Source: Orbicella franksi (lineage: Eukaryota). From it: a DNA stretch of 64,000 bases. Numbering within the stretch: position 1 is the first letter of the stretch; each line of letters begins with the position of its first letter. This document shows positions 36,601 through 50,257 of the stretch, piece by piece. The notes under the pieces were generated by a model. The model was not told where the DNA came from. It saw nothing but the letters and a program-made list of their open reading frames with translations, and did not search any database. The stretch is from NCBI GenBank assembly GCA_964199315.1, contig OZ116703.1, forward strand, positions 16,616,001 to 16,680,000. The letters are read 5' to 3'. Made by a program: the position numbers and the translations under genes.

Positions 36601-39600
36601 GGTACAATATGTTGTCGCATTTGCTCAGGGAACGGGCTTCACAACCATAGTTTAGTCGATTGAATCGAGATTTACAGTAAAGTTTAACAACTAACTACAA
36701 TCACACATTAAATATCACATAATCAGATGAAGAACTTTCTTCTTTGTTACAGCAGTTAGCCGCATTCAGTTTCAACAATACACCAAACGGAGGGACGAAA
36801 CCAAAAAACGAAACTATAACCTGTGGCGTCATAAACGTTCCCTTGGCACCCACTGAAAATGCGACTTTCAGTTGCAAAGATAACGGAAAATCGTCCTTTC
36901 ATTAAGATACTCATACACTCATTTTTTTCTTGTAAGAATAAGGTTTTTTCCTGCCTGTTTACCAATTTTCAACACACAAAATTATATTCCTTTCAAAATC
37001 TCAGCCTTGGTTTTGTTTTAACATATTCTTAAAATTTCGCGAATTTCAGCCTCGATATTCTTATAAAATGTATTCTTGTATATAAAAGTATCAGTTCCTC
37101 TTTTCTAGCTAACGATTTACTACTGTAAGGGTTCCATGTGTAAGACGCAATCAGTGGAAATCATTAAAGAACATGGCTAAAAATATCATCATATTGTTAT
37201 GTTATTTTCAACAGTTTCGGTTATAAAATTGACTTAAGAACTATACTTTTGGTTAGGATTGGAAGAAATAAAAACCCAAAGTCGGTTACTGGAACGCCAT
37301 TTTGCGACGCCGTGTTGGATTTTTTTGTGTTACAGTGAAGCAATATGGACTGAGGACAGAGGCACTGAAGGTCGTTTTTGAGGCTTCTTTTTGCGTTTGA
37401 AGTCGTTCAGTGCTCCAGACCAAACCCAACGCCATTGAAAAGTCTTGTTTTAATTTTACCTTGCGGAAATTTGTTAATGAATAGTTCGTGAATTACTTGA
37501 TATCGATGGTTGCAAAGAGATTCCTCAAGTTTTGGTAAAGGGCTTTCGTCTTGTTTCATCTTGTACAGGGCTTTCATCTTATTTCAGAGTTTCACTATCT
37601 ATCAGAAGCGGTGCTGGCGCTAGGAGAATATAGTCTACAGAATGCGTCATGCTATGAGCGTGTACAAATAATAAGACAGATTTTATGCTTGATATTTCGA
37701 CTTTTATCTAAAAATTATTTGAACTTGAAAGTCATTTGAGCATGGTGTAACGATGAATTGTGCGCGCTTAATCACATTTAAATAACGATAACTTCACAAA
37801 TGGTTTTTTTTAAATGAAAACAATAATCGATTAAACTCTGCAATTCGCGGAAGCAATCCTAGAAGCAAGCAGGTAAAGCATTTTCTCAGTGTGTCACAGG
37901 AAATTCAAGCAACATTTATTAGCGAAGAACCAAATATTATTCCAAAGAGAATTCATATAATTGCAGACAGTTTAATGTAGACCTTAGGCCGGACTACGTA
38001 CAAGGGTAACGATCAGTTTTGTAGCATTCCTTATTTTTGATTCTTAGCTAGTAACAAATACATACGATCAATTCGTAGTCTGCTTCAGTCGGCCCATAGG
38101 AAAATCGCCGACTATGCAAGTTGTTGAAATATGCGACCGTATTGAATTCGCAAGCGTGCCGCTAATTCTTGGCTAATTGATTCGTTGCTCAATTTGAAAA
38201 ATAGCGAGAACCTGACAAACTTAATTTCATCTTCAACCGTTTTAAATTAAAGATAAACGCAGCTTTCAAGCGTCAGCTCTGGTTTGGTTATTAAATAGAT
38301 TCTTGGGTAATAAACGTGGTATTTAGCAGGGACATATGCATATCCAAGATAATCAACAGCCAATCAAATTTTCCCTTTGATTTAGGTTAAAGCAACTGAG
38401 TAAAGTTTAAAAATTATGGAAAAATTAAACCTTTCAAACTCTCACAGGGCTGTAAACTTACAAGCAATAAGAGTTAATAAGATGACGCTATCCAGCATCT
38501 ACTGCCAGAGATATGATTCAGACCGTAATTGCCTTGACACCTTATGTAATCACCTTGTCTTCAGTCATTTGGCAATCAAAGAAATGTTATCTTTCTTGAT
38601 ATTTCTTCTCTTTAATTCCTTGACCGTTCCATTAAGATGTTGTTTAGAAAATACCATGTTTAAATGTTGGCAATTAGATGGAGAAAATGTTGCATTTAAT
38701 AAATGACTGAAAGTTTAAGTTGCAAAAACGGTCTTTTAATTTGTATCGATGTATCCAGTGATTCTGCATATTGCAGTTTTTCCTTGGGATCAAACCCTCA
38801 CATTTTTGTTACCATAAATATAAAACTCTGAAGCTTACCAAGCGAAAATTTAGTCATGTAATGCCAGTATTCCAATGAAATGAAAAATAATAATAAAAAA
38901 AACCCCGACAGCATTTGAAACGAAGATAGCTTTAGATCAACTACCTTAAAACAAAATCCAATTTATTGTTATAAACTTTTTAAAAACTACCTTTGTTTGT
39001 AAATCATGGTCTGAAACGTTTTTCTGGCGTTAAATTTTAAACGCTATAATTAACGTTTACCAAATGAAAATATCGTTATGTCACGTTTTTTGTCGAATAA
39101 ATATCCATTTTACTGGTATCATGTTTTATGCAGCTCTTCCCTTTTTCAAAAGAAACTCGTAAACTTTTGTTCCTCGTCAATTTCGAACAACTGTGTTTTA
39201 CACATCTTGACAAACCAATTTTCACCAACGCCCAAAGTTTAACCAGGATCATGGAAAGCCCTTTTGAGCGCTACGAGATCATTAATATTTGCATTTGCAT
39301 TTATTGAGCTTGTATACCACTTAAAACGGATTTAAAGCCAATTGATAAATAAATAAACCGCCGCCAGCAATCTTTTCAGCTGCATTTCTAACTTATTACA
39401 ACACTTTTTCTTCATTAGTAAAACATTTTGACGTTTTGCGTTAGTTTCTTTGAATAGAATGATTTTTCAATTATATTACTGCATTCTGTCGCCTTTTGGG
39501 TATAGTTTCTTAATGACAGTGTTATAACTTATGATGTAGTTTATTTTATTCGCTGTGTCACAAGTTTATAAGATACCACCGATGTTTTTTAACCGATTAG

Positions 39601-41378
39601 TCAGTTTAAAGGATTCTTATGTGAAGTCCTTGCGAGGCTAAGAGATACCGCCAAATTTGGTTTTGTCTTTGAGCGGCCCGTCTTTAGAACAGATGTACAA
39701 ACATGCCTGTTATTATACTTGGTACTCCATTGCAATTAAAGGTAATACGGCGTTTATTACCCGAGGAAAACAGTACCCCTTTTCGTTTCTCTGTCTCTAC
39801 TGCGTGAAACTGACTACTCTGAACCATGGAGCAATATTTCAACCACGACAGGAAAAACTTTTATCAGGTAGGTTGTTGCTTACTGCAACAGTAGTGACCT
39901 GTTATTAGAAGGAGACTAAGCGATTATCGTTTTGTTGTTTCTGATCCTTTTGTTGTTATCTGCGCAAAGGAAAGGGTGATAATAGCTAAATTACCCCGTA
40001 ATGTTTCACAGCTTGGTTCGGTTTCACTTCATTACCGATCTGGTAACATCCGTCCATTGTGAGTTTCTGCTATCAGACTGTACTGAAATTTTTGCGCTAG
40101 CAATGTACACTATTTGTTAGATATTGCTAAATAGACTCGAGTTTGCGAGTTTGCGAAATGAATTGGCTTGCTTTAGTCAAACGCTTAGATCCTAAAGAGA
40201 ACTTTCAGTTTGCTAAATTCCCTTGTAAGCTGACGGGCTCTGAGAACTTCTCTTTCGTCTTTATAGCCGCCGCGCTTTATCTAGTTTTTCACTGACTAAA
40301 TTAAAAACGAGAATCATAATTCTAGCCTTGGTACCAGGGGTTTCAGTTTCACGTTTTCCCGAGTGGAGATGAAAAAAACTGTTTCGTATATATGGTGTGG
40401 AAATCCCATGATTCGCTATGCATAGCTGCTGAATTCAGTCAAAGCAAAACCTTCCTCAGTATTGGGTTAACTTACTACTCTAGGAAAAGCGTGGATTTTA
40501 AACTTCATAAATCACTGATGGTTTTCTGTAATTTACTGGCTTAATATGCTCCACTTTCACGGATCTTCGTGAAAATAGTCGAGTCATCCGAGAGAAGACT
40601 GGAACTGATAAGACTGTTTCTTGGACAGTGTCTTGACTGATGTATCGTGTTTTAATAGGTGCGGTCAAGAGCTGGTATAAATTTGCTTTATTGTCTTGCA
40701 ATAGAATCGAAAGGAAAAAAAAAAGGGCAAAAACAGTGGAAGGCAAAGAAATTCAGTGCAACTAAAAGGAAATAATAATAAAATCAGAATAGTATACTAT
40801 CAGAATAGTATAATCGTCCAAATACTTTATGTGTTTATAATAATGTATTTTCTCTGTAGAATACTTTTGTCCAATTTATTTGGTGGCATTTGGCTATATG
40901 TTAGTGGAAATTAGGAAAATTAGGGTCCTCTACTGAATGGGCTGGGACACTTTTCAAGCCTGGTTTTCATTTTATCCGGCCGGGGCGCGCTTAATCTCAA
41001 AGAAAATTTGCGAAAATTCGAGTTCCTGTCCCAAATTATTTAGTGCATGGTAGAATGGCCTTCTTTTTTTATCGCTAGCTCTCTCCAGAACACGAGAAAT
41101 GACCCAGTGCATTTCGGGGGCGAGTTAAGCGGCCGCCCAAAAATCAAGCAAACCAGCTCTCGTGGTCACGATTAAATGAAGTACAAATGCAGCATCATCC
41201 ACTTCATAAAGCCTGTGATTCCTAAATCGAAACACGATATTCCGAAATGCGTTGTTTACTAATCTAAAAATCACTTTGTGGCGTATTCATCTTGTCGATA
41301 TTTCCAGAATGCGCCTATTGCCCAAAGTGTCCATGAAAAAAAAAGAAACAAATCTGCAGAGTTTGGGAGAAGGAGGGG

Positions 41379-42136
41379 TAGGCTTTGGTAGATTGTGCTA
41401 GCATAATTTTTAGCATAATTTAGAAAAACGAGCATAATTTAAAGCTTTTATTTCAGTTTAGCATTGCTAGCATAATCCGAGCTTTTATGCCTTGAAAACA
41501 AAAAAAAACCCATCATAGTTCTAGAATAATTCAGTTTGTACTTTACTTCTGTATTGTTATTGGAAAATATCGAGGTCTGGAAGACTCTAGCTAGGTCACC
41601 CCGTACATATCTGAGAGGCTGAGACTCTCCTCAGGCCACCACGCTTATGGCTCGGCCCCTCAGGCCTTAGATCAAAGATGGCGTCGTCCTCGAGTACATC
41701 CACTGATTCCACTCCCAGCACTTCCAGCACTCCCAGTGCCGTACCGAGAGCTTCAATCTCTAGAGAACGTGTTCCTAAAAGTAATACTGGAAAGTACAAG
41801 GAAAGAGGTAACTCAGATCCAAAGAACATGAGTCTTCGTGATCGAATCGAAGAATTTCCAGAGGAAAATTTGTGTCTTCGAGGTGGAAAACTGTTTTGCA
41901 ATGGGTGTAAGACTGTAAGACTGGAAGGTGGACTGTCTGAATGTTCATTAAAGTCAAAATTGATAGAGTTAAGCTACTGGCGATCTTTATTTTCCTTAAA
42001 ATCCAAGTAGCATAACTTCGGTGACAGAGAGCATAATTTTCAGAAAGTAGCATAATTTTGGCATAATTTCTAAAAAATATGAGCACTGCTAAAAGCATAA
42101 TAAGCTTTTTTTTCGAGCACAATCTACCAAAGCCTA
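41379..42136 (+). mobile_element. Internally deleted hAT transposon (758 bp), CGGBP1-like lineage
   Basis: Perfect 21-bp TIRs TAGGCTTTGGTAGATTGTGCT and perfect 8-bp TSD AGGAGGGG (41371-41378, 42137-42144). Multiple AGCATAAT subterminal motifs at both ends. Confidence 0.93.
41678..42010 (+). pseudogene. Truncated transposase N-terminus (CGGBP1/BED-like zinc-finger half)
   Basis: SLRDRIEEFPEENLCLRGGKLFCNGCK resembles human CGGBP1 TPLDRVTEFGGELHEDGGKLFCTSCN (from memory). Similarity stops after CxxC at a tandem GTAAGACT (41907-41922), and the His ligands are absent. Confidence 0.75.
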
Positions 42137-45100
42137 AGGAGGGGACAAACTGTAGTGTGCGCCGTCGAACTGAATGCTTGGTGTAATTCCCATCGACATT
42201 TCATCCCAATTTCAATGGATGTATGATAAAATACAGAGGTCGGACAAAAAGAGCGTTTAAACAAGATATTAGGAACGATATGGAGGTCTAAATGCAGTGT
42301 GCTCATTCGACTCAGTTGCCCCCAAAATAAAATGAATTAATCAAAAGCTGGCCCAAATTAAACACTGATTGATGCTACATTTCATTCGCTTCATCATGAA
42401 GAGGGTAACAAAGGCGGGTTGTGATCACGTTTCGAGCACGAAGTTTAACGAAGTTCACGCGTCACATTTAATTTTAGCTACTGTTAACGATGTTTTCGTT
42501 TTTCATAAATACACGAATCACGTATGTCTTTTTGTTGCTATTCACGAGTCAGACACTAATTTTCTGCCTTCATCAGATGCCACACATAATTCCTTTGAAC
42601 TCAGTTCAAACAGGTTGTTTTCCTCTGCAGTAAATAAATGTTTGCAAGCAAACTTTTCAAACCAACATGATTAACAGCGAAATGTCGTTGGAGATGCTTC
42701 TCAGTGTCTTTGGTCTTAATGAAAAGGAATGCAATTTTCTGTTTGAATAGCCGGTATAGACTCGCTGGTAGGTCTACATAACTGGTGGATATATTCGTAT
42801 AGACCACCAGTAAGTATACACGTTTGTTGATAACTCAGTGGTGACGCACTTTCTATTGATAACTGGTTCAAATTAAACCCATTAAAGTGAGCTTCCCGTG
42901 GGAAAGGTCCGCACGCTTGAACAGAAAATAAACAACATCGTACTGCCTTCATGTTGTGAAAATAACACGAACCTGTTATGTTATGTTATGTAGCGAAATT
43001 CGCATCATAAAAAAAAATCGACCACATGTCAGTGAAGAAATGCAGTTGAAATAAACTAAAATAATTATAATTTGTGCAAAGCAAGTAAAATCATTTACGT
43101 GAGCTAGAAAATACCAGAGAATCCACTGGTTAAGGTTTCATAACACTTTTTACCTTTCAGAACCTTAAATTTATAATATTGACTTTGTTTCTTTTGTGTC
43201 AAAATGTATCTCATCTTTTTGGCTTCTTATTTCGTTAATTATTTAATACGACCATTATACCGTTCAGTTTTTTTCTTATTCCAGTACTTTTTGATGTTGT
43301 TTTGGTCGTTTCAGTTATGATACGCATCTCGAGCTTGAACTTGTATCATTGGCTGCGGTTTAATTGGACTTTTGTCAATATCGACCCGTAGAAATACTAT
43401 GCACAGAATTATACCACACGTAAAATTTACAACAATGCAATTTCAAATAATGAATGACAGCAATCGCGTTTGGCACATAACCCGTTTCTGCTTAGTTCTG
43501 CTTGGTCAAAACTGATACATCAAAGATCATTATATCGTGATACGACATATGGTGGCATAGCGTCATTTCAAATGCTCACTTTGATGTAAAGACGAATTTT
43601 TTGACGAGCTACTAAAGGCAAAGTAGAAAAGACGGGCCATTGTTTCTGATAGTCGATCTGATTTAAGTCGTGAATCAAGAACTCTGCAGGTTTAAACGTT
43701 CATCCGAAAGCAGACTAAAACAGGGGCGTTTGAACATCACAGTTCTTCGGCAATGTACATTTGACAAAGGCCTGCTTCGGCCACTCCTTTGGAAGAATAC
43801 AAAATACGGTCAAACCTAGCAACTTCCCTTACATTCAAAACCTCTTTCATTGTCTTTTAATCAGTTTTACTCAGCATGAAAAGGGGTGCGTGCATGCATC
43901 TCTAACTTCCTTCCAAAGAGAAGTCAAAAGAACGTCCTTCATCAGTAGATGCGTGGTGTTGGATATGACGAGATTCGGTACATAAGAGTTCGAAACCCTG
44001 AATAAAACACGTTTATTTTCAAATTCTAAAACAGTAAAAACACGGTAAGTCAGACCTACAATCCATTCTTTATTCCTTCTGTAGAACAGGTAGAAGACAT
44101 AAAAAATCCGCATTAAATTTGTTTGATGAGCATTTTCTCTGAATAGGGCACCAGTTTGAACGGTGTCAAGCCCCCTACTGTTTGGCGAATAACACCATGT
44201 ACCATGCGGTTACCACTTCTGTGCTAATTCAAGCGCCTTTCTCGTTGCCTAGACCGCGAAGCCTTAATTTTAACAGCCGTTTTCAGTCCACTGAAAAATA
44301 ATGTACTTAACTTTTATGTTGAACTTAGAAATCCAATCTCTAACTGACAGAGCGATTCGAACAGTTAACTATATAGTACTTCGGCTTCAACAACACTGGG
44401 TTCATTTGCCTGTCGTTTACGCCGTTTACTTTAACTCCGTGAAACTATCTTAGCTTATTTCTGGCTGAAAATAACTAAATCGAGTTATTGCTTGACCCGA
44501 TTTTAACCAAGTCTACACGCGAATTTTTGTGGTTAACTAAAATCAAAAATTCAGTTCTAGTTTTGTTATTACGTTTGTGATTAATTTAAGATTTGCGCAT
44601 TGCGAAACGCCCGTTCATGTGTCATTCGATTACAAACTACAACTCTAGATGATTTTGGTGTTTTCTATCCTATTAATTTATCAAAGTTCAGTATCTCGGC
44701 TTAAGTTTGAGAATGTAAAGCGTTGCTTTTTTTGGCTCCATTCTGATAACAACATACTCATTGTTAACGGTGGGCTAGCAGATGTAGGCTCGTATGGAAT
44801 TACGTTTCTTTATGATGCAAATATTTTCTATAGTGATGTCCATTTTGATACATGTAGATGAAACAATTTCTCTTCGTCTTGAACAACACGATACTGCGAT
44901 ACTCTTTAAGTAATGTTGTTTTGTACTACATACACCAGGTCGGTCGCGTGGGTCAAACAAAATTAATTAAAGCGCGTTTCTTGTTTTGTTGTGCCGGGAT
45001 GCCGAAGTGTTGGCCTGGAATGCATTGACAGAAAAGAGCAGATTTTAAAGTTCCACTTGTTCAAAATCAAATGATTTTCATATGAACAGAAACGGTGATG

Positions 45101-48100
45101 AAAATTAGAACTACAAAAGAAATCATTGTTGGGCAGTTTGGTTTGTTTTTTCATTGAACTCGTTTTATAATCGCTGAGCACGTTTTTCACACCCACGCTC
45201 TGGCGTCAGTAAAATGCAAGAGAAGTTGAAGTAGAGTGATATAGAAAATGGAAATAAATATGTAGTTAGTTACGTTGGCATACTGCTAAAAAGACAGACG
45301 GTCCGCCAGCGTTATTGATTTTCCTTTCAATCTAAAGCTTTACAGAGTCATCAGTGTTTACCATGGTTTAAGAGTAACAGTTCGACGCAACAGATTAAGG
45401 CTTTTTCGCAAGCTAAGCTAATGTAAATCTTAAGTCAGATTAGAACTACAATTGTTTAAAAGAAATACGCGCTAGAAAAAGGATTAAAGGGCTGATTTTC
45501 TACCTGCTACAGTGGTTTAGCTTCTTTTATTTGACCGAAAGTTACAAAGAACAGCGGGTTGCAAACATATCTAATTAAGGTCATTAAGTATCTACCCATT
45601 CTGTAACTAAGAGATGGAGGAGGCGAATAGGTAGCGCAAGCAAGGATTTTGCCGCGGGCGAGAAAGAGAAAGCAGATTATTTAAAAACAATGAAGCGAAG
45701 TCGTCGTTGCTCCAGTTTCGTCTCAAACATCAGGTTATTTAACGGTGAATAAACTAAGCAGGTATAAACCGTTAAGTCTGAATACGTCGTATATTCGTAG
45801 CTGGAATATGAAGGACATTCAGTTGATTTATTTAAGTTGCAAAAGTCTTCAGAAAAAAAATATTGACAACGATTCCTTATGCGAGTCATTTCAACATCGC
45901 AAAATCAAGTTATCTAAGGCTTTGTTAGACTATCACAGATCTGCGTGACTCAATGAATGATATTCACTTGGTTTCCGTGCACAATCCAAAAGGCCATCCT
46001 ATAGCCGGCGCGGCGGGTTGTTTTGCTCAAAAATTTCCTTTCACTGAGAATGGGTTCATGAAAATAAAAAAGCGCTGATCTAGCTTTTGGAAGGTAAATA
46101 ATCCATAGCCTCTGGCACCAGCTTTGCCTTTTGATAATATATTGATTTAAAAGCTGTTTTTCATGTCCTTCAAACGCAGACCTAACAAAACGGAGTTTTA
46201 ATTTCTTTTTAAAAGCCATTCTATTTGGTCATTGGCCAACTTTGGTTTTCAAAGGTCATTAACGTTGATACAATACACAATAACACTGAGTTAACATGTA
46301 ATTATACTTTTCTACAACGAGAAAAGATCTTCGCTCAGCTGTCGTTAAAGTAGTTCGGCAATTCTTTTGCTTCCTAGGAGATCATGACTGCATGAATGTG
46401 GTCTAAGTCATTGCACAACCACAAAGTGAAACATCCTCAAAAATCAAACTTTCTTTCTGGCTCTACCGGGACAGGCTGCACGGAACTCTGTAGCTCGATC
46501 AATAAAAAACCTTATTGGGTTTCATTTGCAGTTGGAGACAGGTGCATCCTTACACTGCGAAAAGACAAAACAAAACTAGGTAAAATAATGGTCACAATAT
46601 CAAATTCCTGTTTACTATGTGGACCTCACCACAAGCTCGAATTTTTTACGAGATGACTGACGTGTGCCTTGTTATCGTTCTCACCGGGAGCGATGACAAG
46701 GCACGGGCAGGCAAGCAATTGTGCAAGCGGGTCGTTTAACAGTTTCTATCGCTTTTAGTATACCCAATATCGTCGTTAACACTTTGCCTTGGAGTTTCTT
46801 CTTTAATGTCACGCAGTGGAGTGCGTTTAGAAACGTTTTTCTATGAGGAATTGACACGTCTGGTCACGTGATCAGCACTTGCTCTTCAGGACAATGAGAG
46901 AAGAGTATTTGGTTAATGGCCATCAATTTGAAGGCCTGCTTACTCAGCTGACGAAGATGTGTCTTAAATCCCTTTTTAATATTTTTCTTGAAAAACAACC
47001 CTGAAGAATACAAATGATCCCAACGCAAGTTTCAAGTTTCCTCACATTGTTTGATAAGATTATTGTTTAAGAATTTGATCTTCATTGTTTTCAATATATC
47101 TAATTTCGATAGCTTGGTTAGTTTCCGATGTCTTATCATGCTTAGCTAAGCGAAATCTGGCGGTTTGTTTACTTCACTGAAGGTCTTCTAACTACACTTG
47201 CAAAACTGGGAAACCATGGATTTGTTTTTGTATATCGTCTAGCTGGACCTAGTTGAATTTAAGAAAAAGGTTTTATAAAAATACAGAGGAAAATAACACA
47301 GACCATGTTCCGTGCTACTCTTTTTTTGTTAAGAAGCCCCTACCATCTGCCATTTTTAATCTGATACAATGTTTACAGCTCGGTCAATTTAACATTTCTG
47401 TCTTTTTTGTCGTCTGTGGCCAGTCAGTGTCGATAAAGGAACAGAATATAGCAGCCCTTAATAAGGTGTTGTCTCTCAATTTTCATGACAGTTTCGGGGA
47501 TGTTCGGGTGAGGGGTTTAATTAAAATCTTAAGACATTTACCTGCAATGGAAACTAAGTACCGATGGAACAACGCAATCCCTTCATAATTGTCATTAGTC
47601 TGCGATTAGAGAAAAAAAATCGTGAATAATAAAAGGCAAACGAAAGGAAAACGAAAAGCTTCAGTCGGAAAAAAAAAATAGGGAAAGTGTTATTTTGATG
47701 GCCGTTTAGTTGCTAATTATTCAGCCGAATTTTAATTTACCTTGGTTGATGTTGAGGTGTGTGATCGTCTATAATGATGAATTTATTTTCAATTATTTCT
47801 AGATGGAGCTAGCTAGGCAAATGAAAGGCTGCAAATTAATTAATCATTACTCGCGCTGTTGTTCTGTTCTTTGAACAAGACAAACGTACTCGACTGAACA
47901 CTGACAAGTTGACAACAATCCGATATCGAACGTAAAGTCTTCATTCACAGCATTTCAAATCTCGTCTTTTTGTTCCTGTCCTGGTTTAGGATAGCTCCTC
48001 TAAACGTGTGACCATTTGCTCCGCGCGGCTTTGTTCAGGCGACGTTAAATTCCTCATTCGTCGAGAGGCTCGAAAGAGCATTTGACGCGTATTTTGCGCC

Positions 48101-48781
48101 CCTAATTTCGAGTCTCCTTATTACATGAGGAATAATTCATTAAAATATCACTTGTGATCCTATTAGCTCTAAGCTAGATACCAGCTGTGCATACGATAAG
48201 CAGGTGAAATTTTCGTACCTCCCACAATTCAAATAGCAACATGGAGTGTTTGCCCTAAAATGGCAACCGATTCGAATCCACATTGAAGCGTTGACAGCAC
48301 GACCGTGCTAACTGGCTCACGTCAAAATATCCATCACGGCTACATCCTTAGGAAAATTTCTTTGGCTTACCAGTGTGCGATATTCTGTGGGTTAATTCAG
48401 TGTTCCCCTTGTTAATTAGGCAAATCATTTTCCAGTCCCAAGCCTTTCACGCCCGAGCGCAATTTGGCGTCGGTCCGCGGCAGCCGACCAATCACAAGGC
48501 GGCAAGCGGAAAACAGCAGCTCTTAGAGGCCTTTGTATTATATTATGACCAGTTGATTGAATAGTTATTTGATTTGCAAACTTCAGGATGAGCAAAGAAT
48601 ACACTTCAGAATTCATTGTATAATTCCATTAGCAAAAAATAATAGGCAGACTTTAAATATCGCCATAATTTGATATTTGTAGTCAGTCATTTGTCCGCGC
48701 ACCTCATCGCATCAACATCGAGCACCGTTTTAGCAAACTAATCTGCGTCAACACCAATACTGTGAACCGGTCATTTTACTT

Positions 48782-49043
48782 ATGATCATGGAAAGTAACT
48801 TACAAGGGCATCCTCATCCTACATTTTTTCAGTCGCCGTTCTACGCAATGGTTTCTCCCCGTGGACAGAACCTCTCTAACGCTGCCAATTTGCCGTACGC
48901 CACGGCCGATACTTGCTGCAGTGTTCCCAGCTACCTGCCGGCTGCCTATCACCACTCCTTCGCTGGTCGACCGTACGAAGTGCCTTGTGTGTATCACCCA
49001 GCCTCCTACGTAGATCCTCAGCTACAACTTGCGGCTTTTCAAG
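48782..49043 (+). CDS. Uncx: Uncx/unc-4 homeobox gene 3, exon 1 of 3 (join 48782-49043,50079-50257,52096-52542; 295 aa)
   Basis: ATG 48782 (or 48788). Pro/Tyr/His-rich N-terminus. Phase-1 donor CAAG|gtaaga. CCAAT at about 48488 upstream. Confidence 0.82.
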
Positions 49044-50078
49044 GTAAGAATAAATTTTACTTTTCAATCGCAAAATAATCACTTTTAAATCGCGTGAACC
49101 AATTTTAAGCTCGGAGTTTGTTTTGTGATTCATTTTGTCTTTGAGCTGACTCGCAACATTAAGTAATTGTTCGTGTCGCTAAAAATCGTATTAACTAATT
49201 TGTTCTTGACATTTTAGGGGCCGATAACACCGTGTCAAATTCTAGATGAACTCATGATTAGATAAAAAGACAGTGTAGAAACTAAACACGGTGATTTTTC
49301 ACTGGATTATCTTTGGCGATAACCGAGATTTGAGGATGAACTAAAAGATAACTGTAGCAAATTAAAGGTCGGCTTTGTTATCAAGATTTTCTTTCCGTTT
49401 TATTCTGCCTCTTGGTAACGAAAATATAAGAGAAATATTTCCCTAGCAAGCTAATACGTTAAACAAAACAGAAGCAAAAAATAATCTCAATATTGCTTTT
49501 CCCAATGTTATAAACAAGCGACGAAGAAATTAGCGTTCAGTTTACGTTCCCGAGGAAACGGTTTTCAGTTCAAAAATTAGGAAAATTTGTGGCGTCGCTT
49601 AAACAAATGCTTTTTTAAAAAAATTCAGAGTGTTGTTTAAGACAAATTTGTTAATTATGCGTGTCACGTATTTATGAATCCGAAATGACGAACACTATTT
49701 CACTTTTTGTTGAAATGTTTTTACGCTTAAGGACACGATTTCTACTCATAAATTGTATTTCCTGGATGAAAGCGCTAAACAAAGAAATAACACATCAAGA
49801 TATATTTTAGCCGTTATTATCTTCTTTGCACTTTAGAAGAATAACTTTCCTGGCTTTGGCTGAAAAGAAACAATGAATATTTTTTCCTGAGTATGTCTGG
49901 TTGATAACGGAAAAACAAAGTGGGGAATACTGCAATTTTCCTTTCACATGTTACTGACAAATCAGAAAAAAAAGAACATTCCTAGCTTTTCATTCGTCAC
50001 ACCCTAAAATAAAGAAGTTGATTGAAAGAAGAGCAACCAGTGTTAATGAAGTCACTTGTAATTTTATTCTGCCCACAG

Positions 50079-50257
50079 GCCAGAGATTCTTAGATCATTT
50101 ACGCCCTCACAAGCCCCGAAGAATGCGAGTTCGAACAAACTTCAGCCCGTGGCAACTAGAGCAGCTCGAACGCGCGTTTGAGACGACCCATTATCCTGAT
50201 GTTTTCATGCGCGAGGCTCTTGCCCTGAGATTAGACCTCACGGAAGCCAGAGTCCAG
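50079..50257 (+). CDS. Uncx: Uncx gene 3, exon 2 (homeodomain 1-46)
   Basis: Acceptor gcccacag| and donor GTCCAG|gtacaa. [46 protein letters not shown] is close to the UNC-4/Uncx consensus. Confidence 0.95.

Noticed and set aside
47837-48142. Paired-type homeodomain dimer sites upstream of gene 3 (TAATTAATCATTA, TAATTCATTA)
   Set aside because: Several such AT-only motifs are expected by chance in 64 kb at this base composition, and there is no independent support.
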